This document shows positions 25,895 through 39,010 of a stretch of 64,000 nt of DNA, piece by piece (within the stretch, counting starts at the first letter, position 1; every line of letters starts with the position of its first letter). Origin of the DNA: Sphaerodactylus townsendi. Taxonomy: Eukaryota. A model generated the notes under the pieces. The model was not told where the DNA came from. It saw nothing but the letters and a program-made list of their open reading frames with translations, and ran no database searches. A program made the position numbers and the translations under genes. Location: contig NC_059437.1 in NCBI RefSeq assembly GCF_021028975.2, positions 31,124,001-31,188,000 of the forward strand, written 5' to 3'.

Positions 25895-28872
25895 TTCTAG
25901 CACATCTCAGGTATAAGGTTCATCTCATACAGCAGTTTGAGGAATGTAGCTGATTGTATTCATGTGTCAAGGGAAGAAACGAACTGGGTTGAAATGTGGA
26001 AACAAGAACGTAAAAAATGAGTGTTGCCTTGGGGTGTAGTGTAGTGCCATGTTTCCAGTTTATTTATTTATTTATTAGTTAGTTAGTTAGATTTTTATAC
26101 TGCCCCATCCCCGAGGGGCCAAACAATTCTTGAAAGCCTACAAAAAGGGCAAGAACACAACAGCCCTGCTGTTTTTAAGGGTGCTTGAATACCCTGTTCT
26201 TTGATGCTCCTTCCTTGCTGGCACCACCCCCTGGGCCTCAATGGTCACGCCACGTTCAGTCCCCAGGATTGCATACTCTTTACCACAGTCTTGTGCTTAG
26301 TTCCTTCCTTAATAGGGCCCTGACTTTTCTGAGGCAAGACCCAGAAGGGGAATCTGTTAGTATTTTTACAAGTGCCTGCTTCATTCAGTCAAGCAAGAGT
26401 TAACTGCTGAAGTTACCTGCCTAGAATCATATGAACTTCTTGAAAGATCTCTCCTTCTTCAAGAAAAAGAGGAGAGACAGATACCCAGACTGAGCACTTA
26501 CATAGATAAAGTTCCGATATTTAGTATAAATTCATTTGTTTACTAGTAAAGTTTTACAAAACAACTCACTTGCATCTCTGCCCTATTATTTACTCTACTA
26601 ATTCACTGCAATACCAACAGAATCCTTGTTTTGGACCCCACCCTGGACCAGGTGCAAGCTGGGCCATGTTCTCAGTACATCCTAGGAAATACAATGGGGT
26701 GGAGACCAATGCTGACCAAGAATGGTCAGCAAACATGAAAGAAGAAAAATTAAAGACCTTCCCAAGAGATGCTCTTTTTGATTGGAGCCAAATATGATTC
26801 ATCCAAAGCAGAGAAAGATCTATTTTAGACAATGTCTAACATGTCCTAGTAACCCTGATTTGAACAGCTGGATGAATTATGCCTTGACTAATTGTCCTGC
26901 CAAATAAGGAGACTTAACCACAGCAAGGGGAGCCAAACTCCTGTGGAGAAAATATTTTTCTTTCCAATAATTGAGAATGTTCATTCTGAGTAAAGAAGCT
27001 GAGAGCATATTCAGGATTCCAGCTTGATATACCAGTGCTTGGACTATCAATGTTTATCCTAAAAATAAATTGTACAAAATGTCTCTTACAGTCACTTTTA
27101 ACACATTTAAAAATCACTACAAATTGACATTTCTTTTGTGGGGTTTTTGACAGGGGGTGGGGTTGTACAGAAAACCGGACGAGTGAATGCCAGTTCATTT
27201 AGTTCAGCCAGGAAATAAAATAAGGATCTGGTCCTGTTTAAGCATTTTATTTTAAGGATCTAACAAGATATTATGTAGAACCTGTGACTCTCCTTCCGCA
27301 CATGCAGAATAATTCACTTTCAGTCCACTTTCACAATTGTTTGCACAGTAAAATCCTGCTGCAAAGTGCATTGAAAGTGAATTGAAAGTGGATTATTCTG
27401 CTGCATATGCAGAAGGATCCTAAGTCTCTGTAAAGATTGTGGTAAAAGTTTCAGCTCTTCTCTGGTTCTTGCCATAAGACTGTGGAATGGACCAGGAAGG
27501 GGTGGCAATGTGGGAATCCCCAGCTTTTTTGATTTGGGTGTGCAGTTACTTATCCTTTGGGCTGGCCAACACCTGGCCTCATCTCTGGTTTGACCCTGGA
27601 GACTTTGCACTGCTTGAGAATGCTTGTAATGATTTCACCCTGCTGGGATCCTAACAGTGGCGGTTGGAAGCGTGTTTGGAAAAGAGATATTAACTAAGAA
27701 ATGCTTAGTGTCTCAGTTCCAGCAAAGCTTGTTTGCATGCTGTTAATAATATCCTGCCAATAAACCAGCTGCTGAATCCAAGAATCTGGTTATTCCAGGG
27801 CTCCAGACAGTCTCTCCCTTCTCCTCTTCCTTGTAATGTGTAGCTGAACACAAGACATGGTGGGACACTTCCATGCTGATGCTCAGTAAACTGCGTTGTG
27901 GGTGGGGCAACTGACAGTTGGATGGTGTTGTTTACTTGGATGGTGTGAAGAAAAGGAGGGCGACACAGACCAGAGGCCGCTCTGCACTCCTGTGCCTTTT
28001 ACTTACACCCTTCAATGCTTGACAAGGTCCCCAGCCTTCATTTGATGAATTTTAAAGTTCATTGTTGCCCAAATCTTGTTTTGAATTGCTGGTTAGGTCA
28101 TGCTTGCCTTAGTTTCCCTTTTTTTTAACCAGCTTGTTTGTTGAGTGCTGTGTGAATGTCAAGTTTCCTTTGTCTACCCCTCTCAACCTTCAGTCTCCTC
28201 TCTTGCTTAAATTAGGCCTGTCTGCCCATAGAGGCTGGGATAGAAGGGCCTCTTGGCAGCTCCATCAGCCCATCAGTTGAGAATGGTGATGAAAATCAGA
28301 ATTCACCTGTCACCCACGGCTGACTGCAGAAAGTATCTAAGTGTTGCTGACAAGAAAATTCTGGTTTTCCTTTGATATTTTCTCATGTTTAATATTTTTA
28401 TTATCAGTTTCTGCCTAGGATTTTCATCATATTCTGCTGCCTACCTACGTTCTATATTGGTGATGTTATACAGTTTGACCTTTAGATAATGATGGCTGCT
28501 TTTTGCTCCTTAAATGGTAAGATTTTATAAGCTGCTGACTGCCAGATGGTGATAGTGCTACAAACAATTTTTATAGGTTTTTAAGATTTATAACTGGCTC
28601 AGGGCTAGGTTTGGGTAGTGGAGGGAAAGCATTCAGGTGAGAAAGAGTTCTCCATTTCCCAAGAAGGAGATCCCATTTAAACCAACATCCTCTTCCAGTA
28701 GGGTTGCCAACTTCCAGTGAGTGGCTAGAGATCCTCTGGGATCATAACTGATCTCCAGATGACACAGATCAGTTCCTCTGGAGAAAATGTCAGCTTTGGA
28801 AAGTGGACTGTAGGCCACTGCAGCTCACTGAGACCCCTCCCTTCCCCAAACACTGCATTCCCCAGACTCCAG

Positions 28873-29330
28873 AGGGGTATAATGGTTAAGAGCAGGTGGA
28901 ATCTGGTCTGGAAAACTGGGGTTGGTTCCTCACTCCTCCACATGAGCTGCAGACTTTTATTATGTGAGCCAGAATTGTTTCAATATTCCTACATTCCTGC
29001 TGGGCAGTGGCGTAGCGCCAAGGGGACGGGGGTGATGGCCTGGGTATGCGCTGGTGCGGGGATGAGGCGGGGTCATTCCAAGGTGGGGACAGGATGGGGG
29101 TGTGGCAGGGACATGGGGCACATGTGTGCCCTGGGTGCAGTTCCCCCTCACTCTGGCCCTGCTGCTGGGTGACCTTGGGCTAGTCCCAGTTCTCTCAGAA
29201 CTCTCTAAGCCCCGTCTACCTCACAGGGTGTCTGTTGTGGGGAGAGGAAGGGAAAAGAGATTGTAAGCTGCCTCGAGTCTCTTTTCAGGAGAGAAAGGCA
29301 AGGTATAAATCCAAGCTGTTATTCTTCTCT
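28873..29330 (+). mobile_element. CORE-type SINE interrupted by a hAT MITE
   Basis: Head ggtataatggttaagagc; the CORE resumes at 29162. Confidence 0.72.
29005..29161. mobile_element. hAT-type MITE
   Basis: CAGTGGCG...GGCCCTG termini with a perfect 8-bp TSD CTGCTGGG (28997-29004 and 29162-29169). Confidence 0.75.
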
Positions 29331-30641
29331 TCCCCCCCCCCCCCAAAAAAAAAACTCCAGAAATTTCCCAACCTTATCTTCCAAACAGCTGCCAGGAAAG
29401 TGTATTTAGGAAGCCTCAGCAGGGTACAGAATCTGCGTTAACCCTTTGTAGTTAAACCCCAGCAAATGCTACTCAAAGAACCCTTGTCTTTCAGCTGTTG
29501 TCAGGATTGGTCCCTTGCTGAAAAGGGGACAGAGTTGCTTGACTGTGAGGCAAATGGGCAGAATCTCTTCTACAGTGACACAGCCCTTAGTTATGTGCTG
29601 ACAGACTGTCACTTCAGGATTTCATGTTTTAAAATAAAGCGTGGAATGTGGAGATATGAGGAGAATTCTTGAGAAACTCCGCTCTCATATAGACGAGCAA
29701 GTTTCTAATCCTGATTGCTGCAATGGTATGACGTGAGAGTGGGTGCGCAATCTGGGGTAGAATCTCCAAAGCTCGAGGCAAGTGTTGTAAAATTCCAGCT
29801 GCCAGGCTTCATCGCCCCGCAAAGCTGTTTGTGCTTCTTCAAGACAGGCAGATCGTATGGACTTTTCTGCACATTTTAATCTGTTTGATGTGTATAAATT
29901 ACACAAGTTGCAGAATCAGGGTGTTCTTGGTGCGGAACTAGAACTGTGTTTTCATTTTATTGCAGATTACTTAAGATGAATCACACCGTTGCACTCAGAA
30001 AAATGCCTGTGGGACTATCACACAAGTTTAGCACTCTTAACGCCCACCAAAATCAACAGGCTTCCACAGACCTAACCGTATACTGCTGGATTGTGGCCAA
30101 ATCTACAAAGCAGTGGTGGGGAGGGAGGTGCTTTGGGAAAGGGTCATCATTTGAATAGCTTTCTTTTCAGGCAATGACGGGTAAGGAGGAGCCAGAGGGA
30201 GAAACTATCCAGCTGGTCTTCTGTTTGTGGTGAAGCTTAGTTCTTCCATGAAATAAATCAAGACAAACTGAACAGGCCTCTTGAGCAAAGCCAAGATATG
30301 CTGAGGCTGCTGTGAAGGGATTTATGAGTGATGGTGGGGAGGGGGAACATGCTGTCCCAAGCAGTATTTACTAGTACACACACATTAGACAAACAAGTAA
30401 CTTTGCTGATCATGTGAAACTTCCCCCATTATGGCAACTTGTTGTGTTTCCTGTGAGTGCTGTACTTGAAGTACTGTAAACAGATGAATTTGTAAAAGTT
30501 TACAGGGCTTCTTTCATAGGATTGTCAAGAAACCTGCTCTACTTTTGAAGACAACACTTATTTTTTTACTCAAACTCTGTGTTTTTATGAGTGCCGCACT
30601 AGAAGCAGTGTAAACAGATGAATTTGTAAAAGTTTATAGGG

Positions 30642-30778
30642 CCGTGGTGGCGAACCTTTGGCACTCCAGATGTTATGGACTACAATTCCCATCAGCCCCT
30701 GCCAGCAGGGCATGCTGGCAGGGGCTGATGGGAATTGTAGTCCATAACATCTGGAGTGCCAAAGGTTCGCCACCACTG
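30642..30778. mobile_element. Fully palindromic hAT MITE (same family as 25749)
   Basis: Near-perfect inverted repeat with a perfect TSD TTATAGGG. Confidence 0.9.
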
Positions 30779-32431
30779 TTATAGGGCTTCTTGAAAGGAT
30801 AGTCAAGAAATCTGCTCTACTTTGAAGACAATTTTTTTTTCAGTCAAACCCTGTGTTTTTATATTAAAACAGTCGTGATTACCTTTAATTTATGTGCTGT
30901 TGAATGTCCCTTGTTGACACTGGATGGCTTGCATCTGAATGCGTGAACTGGTTCCACTGGAACATTTACGTGCTTCAAAGTCCTCATATTTATTGAACAA
31001 AAACACCAGGACTTTGACTCAAACATTCAGTGGAGTTTTGTGCCTCCTAAATGTATGCTGGCCTTTTCCTGCTTGTGGCGATGATCTGTGAGGAAAAAAA
31101 CATCTTCAGCCTCTCCCCTCCCACACTCACCCATCAGGTTTGCTTCCTCCAACTGTCAGCAGGTGTTGGCAGGGCTGGACCAAGGATTTTGGGTGCCCTA
31201 GGCCATCTATGACTTTGGCACCATCTCCCCTTCAATGTAGAGAAAATGAGAACTCTGACATGAACACAGTAAGAATGAAAGTAGATATGCTCCTGAAGAA
31301 GCCCTCCATGTTCCTCCATGTTCGATATAGGAGACCAGAGTCCACAGATATGGAGACATGAGAAGCCAGTTGGAATTGTCATCTTCCAGCTGGTGGCTGG
31401 ATTTCTTCTGGAATTCCAACTGGTCTCTTGCAGACAAAGATCACTTCCCCTGCAGAAAATGGGTGCATTGAAAGGTTGGCTCTACGGCATTATATCCCTC
31501 CAAGGTCCCTCCTTCCCCAAACCCGCTTCATGTCCCAAATCTCCAAGAATTTCCCAACCCATAGCTGGCAGCCCTACAACCCAAGCTTCCCTTCAAGGCT
31601 CCTCTTGTCCTTTTTTGTGTCCCTCAAAACCTGACGCCCTGGGCAACTGCTTAGATTAGCCTAACGTTTAGGACCACTCTGGCTATTAGTTCCATTTGAG
31701 AAATCACATTCCTTATGTCGCTGCTTGTAATTTTTGCAGTGTAGCCAACAGTGGTTCCACAGGGAAGTTTGAAGAAGCAAAAAGTGGCACGGGGGGGTGG
31801 GGAACCAAAGCCCCTCCTGCTTTCACATTTGTGAGTCTGGGAGACATAAAACTCAATCTGAATGTCTAACTCAAAGCCTCATTGCCTGGAAACGTGAGGA
31901 CTTTATAACCTGTGAATTGGCCCTTTGGCAGTTTTGCCATATGATAGATAGACCAACATTGGTTTCAATACTTAAAAACTGCTTTAACTTAGACTCATTG
32001 AGATTTTTAAACTTATTTGAACTACCTGACAGTTATTTCTCAGCAAGACACTTCAAGCTCATGAAGGGAAAGAGTGCACAGAGTATTCTATCTTTGCCAC
32101 AGACTGTCATGTAAAGTCTTTAGATATAAGTTTCTGCATTCCAAATTTCTCTCCTCCCCTTAGCATTAAAAACGCTGTACTACCTTAAATGCATAATGTC
32201 ATTGAATGTGTAATGTTTTTCAGATGTTTCTTAGTAATAAATCACACTCCTGGTTAAACAAGAATTAATATATGACAGCCATTCATTCCAAAGGACTGCA
32301 GATCCCCAAGGAAACCAAAAACAAGAAATCTTCAGTGGACAGTTTGTTCTAGAAAACAGGCAAGAGAGAATCCAAGAAAGAACAAAAGAGAGAAGGAGAA
32401 AAGTCCTCTTGTAATAACTTCCAGATGCGGC

Positions 32432-33571
32432 TCAAGAAACCCACAATGGGTGAGTTTGCAGCCTTCCAGAGTCTCCTTCTCTGTGTTTGGCATCCTTCAG
32501 GGTGTCAGTGTCTTTAATTGAGCTACTTTTGCTTGAGAGGAAACCTTGCCTGTTGCTGTTGAACTGATAAAGTCTTAGCTTAAACAAATGTTGCAATTTG
32601 TCCTGGAACTGGCTGCCAATTAAATAATATAAAAGCGGGTTGATGCAGCTGTTCGCAAATCCCATGGAGATCCCAAATGGCAGGGCTGTGTCAATGGCAG
32701 ATACAATCCAGCATTCGTTGATCACGTGCATCCAGGTCAGGGCATCCAAGAAGGTCAAAACGTGGAACGGGAGCCAACAAATGAAGAAGGCCACAACTAC
32801 AGCGGCTACCACTTTTAACACGCGGTCCCTTTTTTGCTTGTTCTTCCCCAAACCTCTGGCTTTCATCAAGTGTACCCGTATCTGGATGTAGCATGTGGCT
32901 ATGATAGCCATGGGTATCAGGAAACCAAAAGTGTTCTTCATTAAGGCTGTCCCTGCTGACCATTCAGAATATTTCTCATTTGGAAAGGCCATGACACAGG
33001 CAGTCACATCCAAATCTTCAATGTGTTGGGTATCTCGGAAATAGAAGGTGGGCAGAGTGGTCAAAGCAGCCAGACTCCAAACAAGCAGTGCAGTAACAGA
33101 AGCCCGGTGCAACGTCCGTTGCTGAGACTGAAGTGGATGGACAATTGCCTGGTAGCGGTCCATGCTCATGCATGTAATGAAGAAGATGCTTGCAAACATG
33201 GTCAGGCCCAAGACTGAGCTGCAGAGTTTGCACATCATTGAGCCAAACAGCCAATTATATCCATAAGCGTAATAAGTGGCCCAAAATGGCACTGTGACCA
33301 GGGTCAACAAGTCTGCTGTGGCTAAGTTGACAATGTAAATGTTGGCCACAGTCTTTAGATTTTTCTGTTGACACAGAACTAAAATCACTAGGCTGTTTCC
33401 CATCAGTCCAAAGATGAAGAGAATACTGTAGAGTACAGGGATTAGCACAAACTGGTAGCTGGAGAATTGGACAGAGCAGTGGGACCAAGAGGAGACATTG
33501 GTTGGGAATACATCGGGATCTTGAAGCGTCTGTTCCATGGCACTGATAATCGAGTCGTTGCTGGTGTGCAT
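32432..33571 (-). CDS. AGTR2: Type-2 angiotensin II receptor (class A GPCR), 379 aa, single coding exon
   Basis: Seven hydrophobic segments with the motifs GNSLV, LATADL, MSMDRY, CWLPFH and NSCINPLLY. AT2-specific stretches match recalled human AT2: FYFRD, ACVMAFPNEKYSEWSAGTALMKN and FHVLTFLDAL. It lies downstream of PLS3 on the same strand, as in mammals. Confidence 0.96.
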   Translation of the reverse strand: MHTSNDSIISAMEQTLQDPDVFPTNVSSWSHCSVQFSSYQFVLIPVLYSILFIFGLMGNSLVILVLCQQKNLKTVANIYIVNLATADLLTLVTVPFWATYYAYGYNWLFGSMMCKLCSSVLGLTMFASIFFITCMSMDRYQAIVHPLQSQQRTLHRASVTALLVWSLAALTTLPTFYFRDTQHIEDLDVTACVMAFPNEKYSEWSAGTALMKNTFGFLIPMAIIATCYIQIRVHLMKARGLGKNKQKRDRVLKVVAAVVVAFFICWLPFHVLTFLDALTWMHVINECWIVSAIDTALPFGISMGFANSCINPLLYYLIGSQFQDKLQHLFKLRLYQFNSNRQGFLSSKSSSIKDTDTLKDAKHREGDSGRLQTHPLWVS

Positions 33572-35600
33572 GTTGCCAACTGATCGGAAAGTGGCTTTCT
33601 TGAGATCTTTTGGGAAAACCTTTCACCTCACATAGTCCAATTGCTATTTTTTGAGGGAGAAAAGGAAATGCATTAGAACTGTGAACTGTGTGTTTGTGAA
33701 GCATATTCTCATTATTCTCAGTTAACTGATGGGAGAAACTGAAGCTCTAAACTGTCGGAGACTCTAAACTGATCTTTGCATCAAGAGACTGTATACACTC
33801 AACACTGGACATTGTGTTCTGATTACACTTTAGCAATGATATGCAACTGGGTTGTCTTGTTGCTCAGGAAAATCCAGTTGCAAACTGTTAGTCTAGCTGT
33901 AAGATCCAGCAATGCGTGGCTCCAGGCAGAGTCTTGGAGTTCCAGCATTCTGTCAAGCTGTCCATCACAGCTGGTAGAAGCATTTCTGGGGCAAAAATGA
34001 AAGCTTCTCAGTATTGCCTGCACCGCTGTTCATGACTTCAAAATGACTGTATCAAACGACAGTATTTTAGAAAAATTGAAGGCAACCAAGATTATAGAGT
34101 TTCCTTCTCCACATAAATTTGTCTAGCATCCAATCTGCCTAAATTTTACATGCCAGGTGAAGGACATTTTATTTTCCATGGATTTTAGTCAATCTGGCTA
34201 ATTTGATGGATCTGTTAGTTGGATTTTGCTTCTCTCTGTTTCCCCTCTGTTTATTTTTTAGATGTTAGAATAATCTTTATAAGTTTTTTAATGAATTATA
34301 AAATCTTCTAGAAATGCCTTTAATTTGAAGAAGAGAAGAAGAGTTTGGATTTATATCCCCCCTTTCTCTTCTGTACGAGACTCAAAAGGGCTTACAATCT
34401 CCTTGCCCTTCCCCCCTCATAACAAACACCCTGTGAGGTGGGTGTTTGACGTAATTGCACCCTTGCTTTTAGAATTATTTTTTTTTGTAATGTGATTGCT
34501 TCAGATTGTGTATTTTATGGTGATTTGTAATTATTGGTAGTTGCCTTCCAAGCCATGCTGATGAATGCAGGATAAACATATTTTAAAAAATTAAAGTTGC
34601 ATTTATATAAAAATATAATTACTGTTTGTAGTAATACAATTTAGGAACTAATTATAGTAATTTAAATTAATTTTAGTTTTTGTACGTCCAATGTAGGATT
34701 AGCCCTTGTATGGTTAAGCACTGGTATTTATTTTTTTATTAAGAATGAAGGTTCAACAGAGATCTAAAATGTTGGATTTGCTGTCAAGTAGTATATTTCT
34801 TAGTAAACTGGTGATGGATTCTAGAGGAACACTTTTAGATTAGTCAAGGTTTGACATTTCTTTGATTTGATGTGAGACCTCTGTGACAAAGCGTTCCTCT
34901 AACTTTGCTTAACCGCCAATTCACCAAAGAAATGTTATCAAATGTCCAATTTTTTTGCCATGACCAGAATTATACACCCACCCCCCATCCTAGATTGTGT
35001 GGCTATTTGTGTAGAAGTGATCAAGCCACATTTTAATACTATGGTGAAGTCCCCTCCCCGCCACACACACCATGTTGTATTCTGCCCACCAAATAAAAAA
35101 TATTCATTAATTTAAAGAGATGCAAGAGACAGAAGAAGAATCAATTGTTCCATTTGATCATCATGAAGTGATTCTTTGTTATACTGCTAATCATATACAT
35201 ATGTTTCTTTCTTTACATACTGTTAGCACCAAAAGAACCTTCTGTGCAAAACTGTTTATATTAATGTCTGTGTACAAAAAGCACAGCAAAATGTTCATTT
35301 AAGATGAAAATATTTTCAGCCTTTTGCTTTGTTTTTGTAATAAAAAGTGCCAGTATATAGGGTTGCACTGAATTTGACAGATTCTCTCCTCAGGACTTGA
35401 AAGAACCCTGCAAGGTTCTGGCATTTAGTCCTGGTGAGTACCAACATTTAAAAGTCCTTTAAAAAATCAGTTTGAAGCAAGAACCAGAGAAAATATCAGT
35501 TACCTTGGCAATGTTCCAGTCTGAGCGGTGCGCAGACCCAGTTGTGTATTTCCAAGTTCGCTAAAACGCCAGTCTCTGCTTTCCTGTATTACTTTCCACA
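33572..35600 (-). other. AGTR2: Probable AGTR2 5'UTR exon/intron structure
   Basis: Minus-strand pyrimidine tract plus AG (ttccttttctccctcaaaaaatag) gives an exon start at 33643. A candidate donor CCAAG|GTAACT lies at 35504/35503. Mammalian AGTR2 has non-coding 5' exons. The boundaries are inferred. Confidence 0.35.
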
Positions 35601-36775
35601 CAGAGTGCTGCTAATGTACATAACTGAAAAGTCCATCGAAGAGATTGTGCCCAGTCTGAGGGAGTAAAATATTTTGTTAGAGCATCCTCCTCCTCCCGAG
35701 AACACGTGAGCTTAGGCAGAGAGCCTCACAAAAGGACTTCATGCACATCACCAGCCAGTGTTGTTTTTCCAACCACCAAGAGTAGACGAGAGGATTGGTA
35801 GATTCATACATCTCTCTGACCAACCACTGGGATCAGTGCTATCATATGGGGAGGGCATGAAGCCAAGGCTTTCTCAGTACAGCTGCTTCTTTCTTTTTCT
35901 TTGTTGAATGGATTTTTAATATCGGTCCTTCACTTTGAAAAAAAAAAAAAAGGAAACAATTTTAGCCCTTAAAGATGCAACGTTACACTCAAAAGCGGGC
36001 AGATGATGTTTGCTTAGTCTCAGAAGCCAGAGGGAGGACGTTAAGTAGTTCTGTGTTTGGGGAGGCTTTCTCTGGCTCCATAAATTAATGAAATCCCAAA
36101 AAACCACGGGAAGCTTTGGAAAAATGTTGAGAAGAATAAATCTCAAGGAAGATGGAAGTTTCAGAGAGAACTGTCTGAGCAATGTTTACTAAAAAGACTG
36201 TAGAGGGTTAGTTGTCAAAGACGTTTGGAACTGTGCCAAAGGCCCAGCTGTGGTGTCTTTTCTTTCATAACTGGAATGGTAACTGTGTGGAATTTGCAGA
36301 GATTGCTCACTGAAAGTTTGGGTGAGGAGAGAGATGTTTGAAGAGTCCATTCCTGTAGAAAAGAGACCTCCAGTGACAAGTATGTGTCATTGTGGGTACA
36401 ACCAAACTATTCACCTGCCCACCCATGCATAAGTGCAACAATTTCACTGCCAAGTAGTGGACAATTCACATGGCACACTGTTTTCCCACTAGTTAACAAA
36501 GGACACAATTCAGTAGGGATTTCTCCCCTGCAAATCTCACCCAGAGGAGCTGTTATATTCTCCTGAGTCTCCCATTCATTTCCATGAGGCTGGTGCAGAA
36601 CAATTTCCCACCAGATTGTTTCCCATGAGTTCAGTTCTCCTTCTGCCACCATGACCTACCACCCAAATGTGTCTCCTGTTACCTCCTGGTGACATTATCT
36701 CTGCTGCCCATTTCTCAGCCAACCTCTGGAGCTTGATCTGCCAGAACTGCTTTTTTCAGTGGCGTAGGAGCAGCA

Positions 36776-37098
36776 GTGGCGTAGGAGGTTAAGAGCTCGT
36801 GTATCTAATCTGGAAGAACCAGGTTTGATTCCCAGCTCTGCTGCCTGAGCTGTGAAGGCTTATCTGGGGAATTCAGGTTAGCCTGTGCACTCCCACACAC
36901 ACCAGCTGGGTGACCTTGGGCTAGTCACAACTTCTCGGAGCTCTCTCAGCCCCACCTACCTCACAGGGTGTTTGTTGTGAGGGGGGAAGGGCAAGGAGAT
37001 TGTAAGCTCCTTTGAGTCTCCTGCAGGAGATCCAAACTCCTCCTCCTCCTCCTCCTCCTCCTCTTCTTCTTCTTCTTCTTCTTCTTCTTCTTCTTCTG
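36776..37098 (+). mobile_element. Full-length tRNA-derived CORE-type SINE (Squam3-like)
   Basis: A box gtggcgtaggaggttaagagc, B box ggtttgattccc, CORE gggtgaccttgggctagtcac, and a (TCC)n(TTC)n tail. Confidence 0.85.
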
Positions 37099-37261
37099 GA
37101 CATGGTTATCACCAGGCTGTCCCCTGAAAATTATAGCGGGTACAGCTGATGTCAGATTGCCCATTGTGCCCACTGTGGCTTGGGAAATTCCTTGAGAATA
37201 GGAGGAGATGCTTTGGGAGGGTCAGGTTTGTGGAAAGTAGTAGTAGTAGCAGCAGCAGTAG

Positions 37262-37541
37262 TTGTTGTTGTTTGAGGAGTTTGGATTTATACCCAGCCTT
37301 TCTCGAGGCAGCTTACAAACTCCTTTCCCTTCCTCTCCCTACAATAGGCACCTTGTGAGGTAAGTAGGGCTGAGAGAGTTTTGAGAGAACATGACTAACC
37401 AAACGTCACCCAACAGGAATGTAGGACTAGGGAAACCAATCTCGTTCACCAGATAAGAGTTTGCCGCTCATGTGGAAGAGTAGAGAATCAAACCGGTTCT
37501 CCAGATTAGAGTCCACCTGCTCTTAACCACTACATCATGCT
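37262..37541 (-). mobile_element. CORE-type SINE
   Basis: Reverse complement of the same family, tail-to-tail with the 36776 copy. Confidence 0.8.
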
Positions 37542-38439
37542 GGGAGGGAGGTCAATAGGGATGTGACGGCATAATCCACCATCTGAAGCTGCCGTTTTCT
37601 TCTTTCTGTACAGTCTGGAGACAGCTGTAATTCCAGAACCTCAGGTTCTGGTCTTTGGTAACCCTATAGCAGAGGCATAGCTGTAGAAGCCAACTGAAAA
37701 GATGGCAACCACATCATCTGCATGTACAGAAAGAGCACTTCCTGTAGGTAGTGTAAATTACACGGTTGTTCTGCCTGAGACTTTTGTGTATGCTAATATT
37801 AAACAAACAAATAAGGACACTACTAGGGTTCCCTCCCTGAACTTGCAATTCCTATAATTCTCTGCATCAGTTATTCGTGACTTAAATACTTGCAAGAGAG
37901 CACCAGGAAACATACTGGTAGACATCATGGACCTTTAACCACAGCACAAACCAGAGTCGAACACACTGTTTTGTAGTTCTTGCACGGAATATTTTTCAAG
38001 TTTCTCCCCCATTTTTTCTTTTTGTTTGCTGCTATCTGTAGCAAGCTTTCCAACTCCAGAGGAAAACTCAGCTGGTCTAACCATGAAACATGATCTGCCA
38101 GGGAGATGAAAGAGCTGCACAAAACAGTTCTTCTTCCAGATGCCAAGCGGGGACTTTTTCAATCTTTCACTAGAAAGATGAGGTTTCTCCAAGGTTTGGC
38201 TTCCAAGGCTGCCAACCTGACATGTCTTCAGTTCATTAATCATACACTGTCCCCTTCACTTCTCCCCACACTTCATTTATCTACCACCCTAACTGATAGA
38301 ATGGAATTAAAAATATGCCTCTTGAAAGGACGGGATCCTGTTGTCTGGGGTCATCCTGTTCTCATGCTTTTCTTACTTCATCCCAAGAAAAAGAACATTC
38401 AAAAATAGATGATGGTGTTCTCATGGCTTTAATAGTTCA

Positions 38440-39007
38440 TTTATTTATTACTGTATATATGGTCAAGGGCACAGACTTTCCCGGAGGGGTGTGGTAGGTC
38501 CCTCAGATGTTATGGGGACCACCAGAAAGGGGACTACCAAAGGGCACCACACCAACATCCCTCCAAAGGCCCGGTGGAACAACTCAGTCTTACAGGGCCT
38601 GTGGAACTCACCAAGGTCCCGCAGGGCCCGGACAGCTGGAGGAAGACAGTTCCACCATGCCGGGGCCAGAGCCGTAAGGGCTCCGGCCCAAGTAGAGGCC
38701 AGCTGCATCATTGAGGGGCCGGGGACCACCAGTAAATTGGCCTCCGCCAAGCGCAGAGGCCAAACCAGGACATATGGGGTAAGACGGTCCTGAAGGTACG
38801 AGGGTCCCAGCCTGCGTAAAGCCTTAAAGGTTAGCACCAACACCTTGAAAGTGATTTGGAACTCAATCGGAAGCCAATGCAGGCGGTGCAACAGAGGGCG
38901 AATGTGATCTCTAAAGGCACCCCCTGTGAGCAAACGGGCCAGCGCATGTTGGACCAGCTTCAATTTCTGAATCAGCCGCAAGGGAAGGCTCGCGTAGAGC
39001 GGGTTAC
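38440..39007 (-). mobile_element. L2-clade LINE, 5'-truncated
   Basis: ORF 38463-38981 encodes KLKLVQHALARLLTG..RDHIRPLLHRLHWLPIEFQITFKVLVLTFKAL..LGPSYL...APAWWNCLP, a characteristic L2 ORF2 C-terminus. Confidence 0.88.
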
Positions 39008-39010
39008 AAA

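Noticed and set aside
1-32000. SLC6A14 exons expected downstream of AGTR2 from human synteny
   Set aside because: I recognised no SLC6 motif (e.g. GLGNVWRFPY) in the ORF track or by eye. Very short exons could have been missed.
33255-33704. Alternative-frame and antisense ORFs overlapping AGTR2
   Set aside because: These are shadow ORFs of the real CDS.
36776-36845. tRNA gene
   Set aside because: The A/B boxes belong to a tRNA-derived SINE head followed by CORE and tail; no cloverleaf forms.
36921-37173. Poly-Arg/Lys/Gly ORFs, and similar ERERER, YIHT and NQSI ORFs elsewhere
   Set aside because: These are translations of microsatellites and SINE tails.
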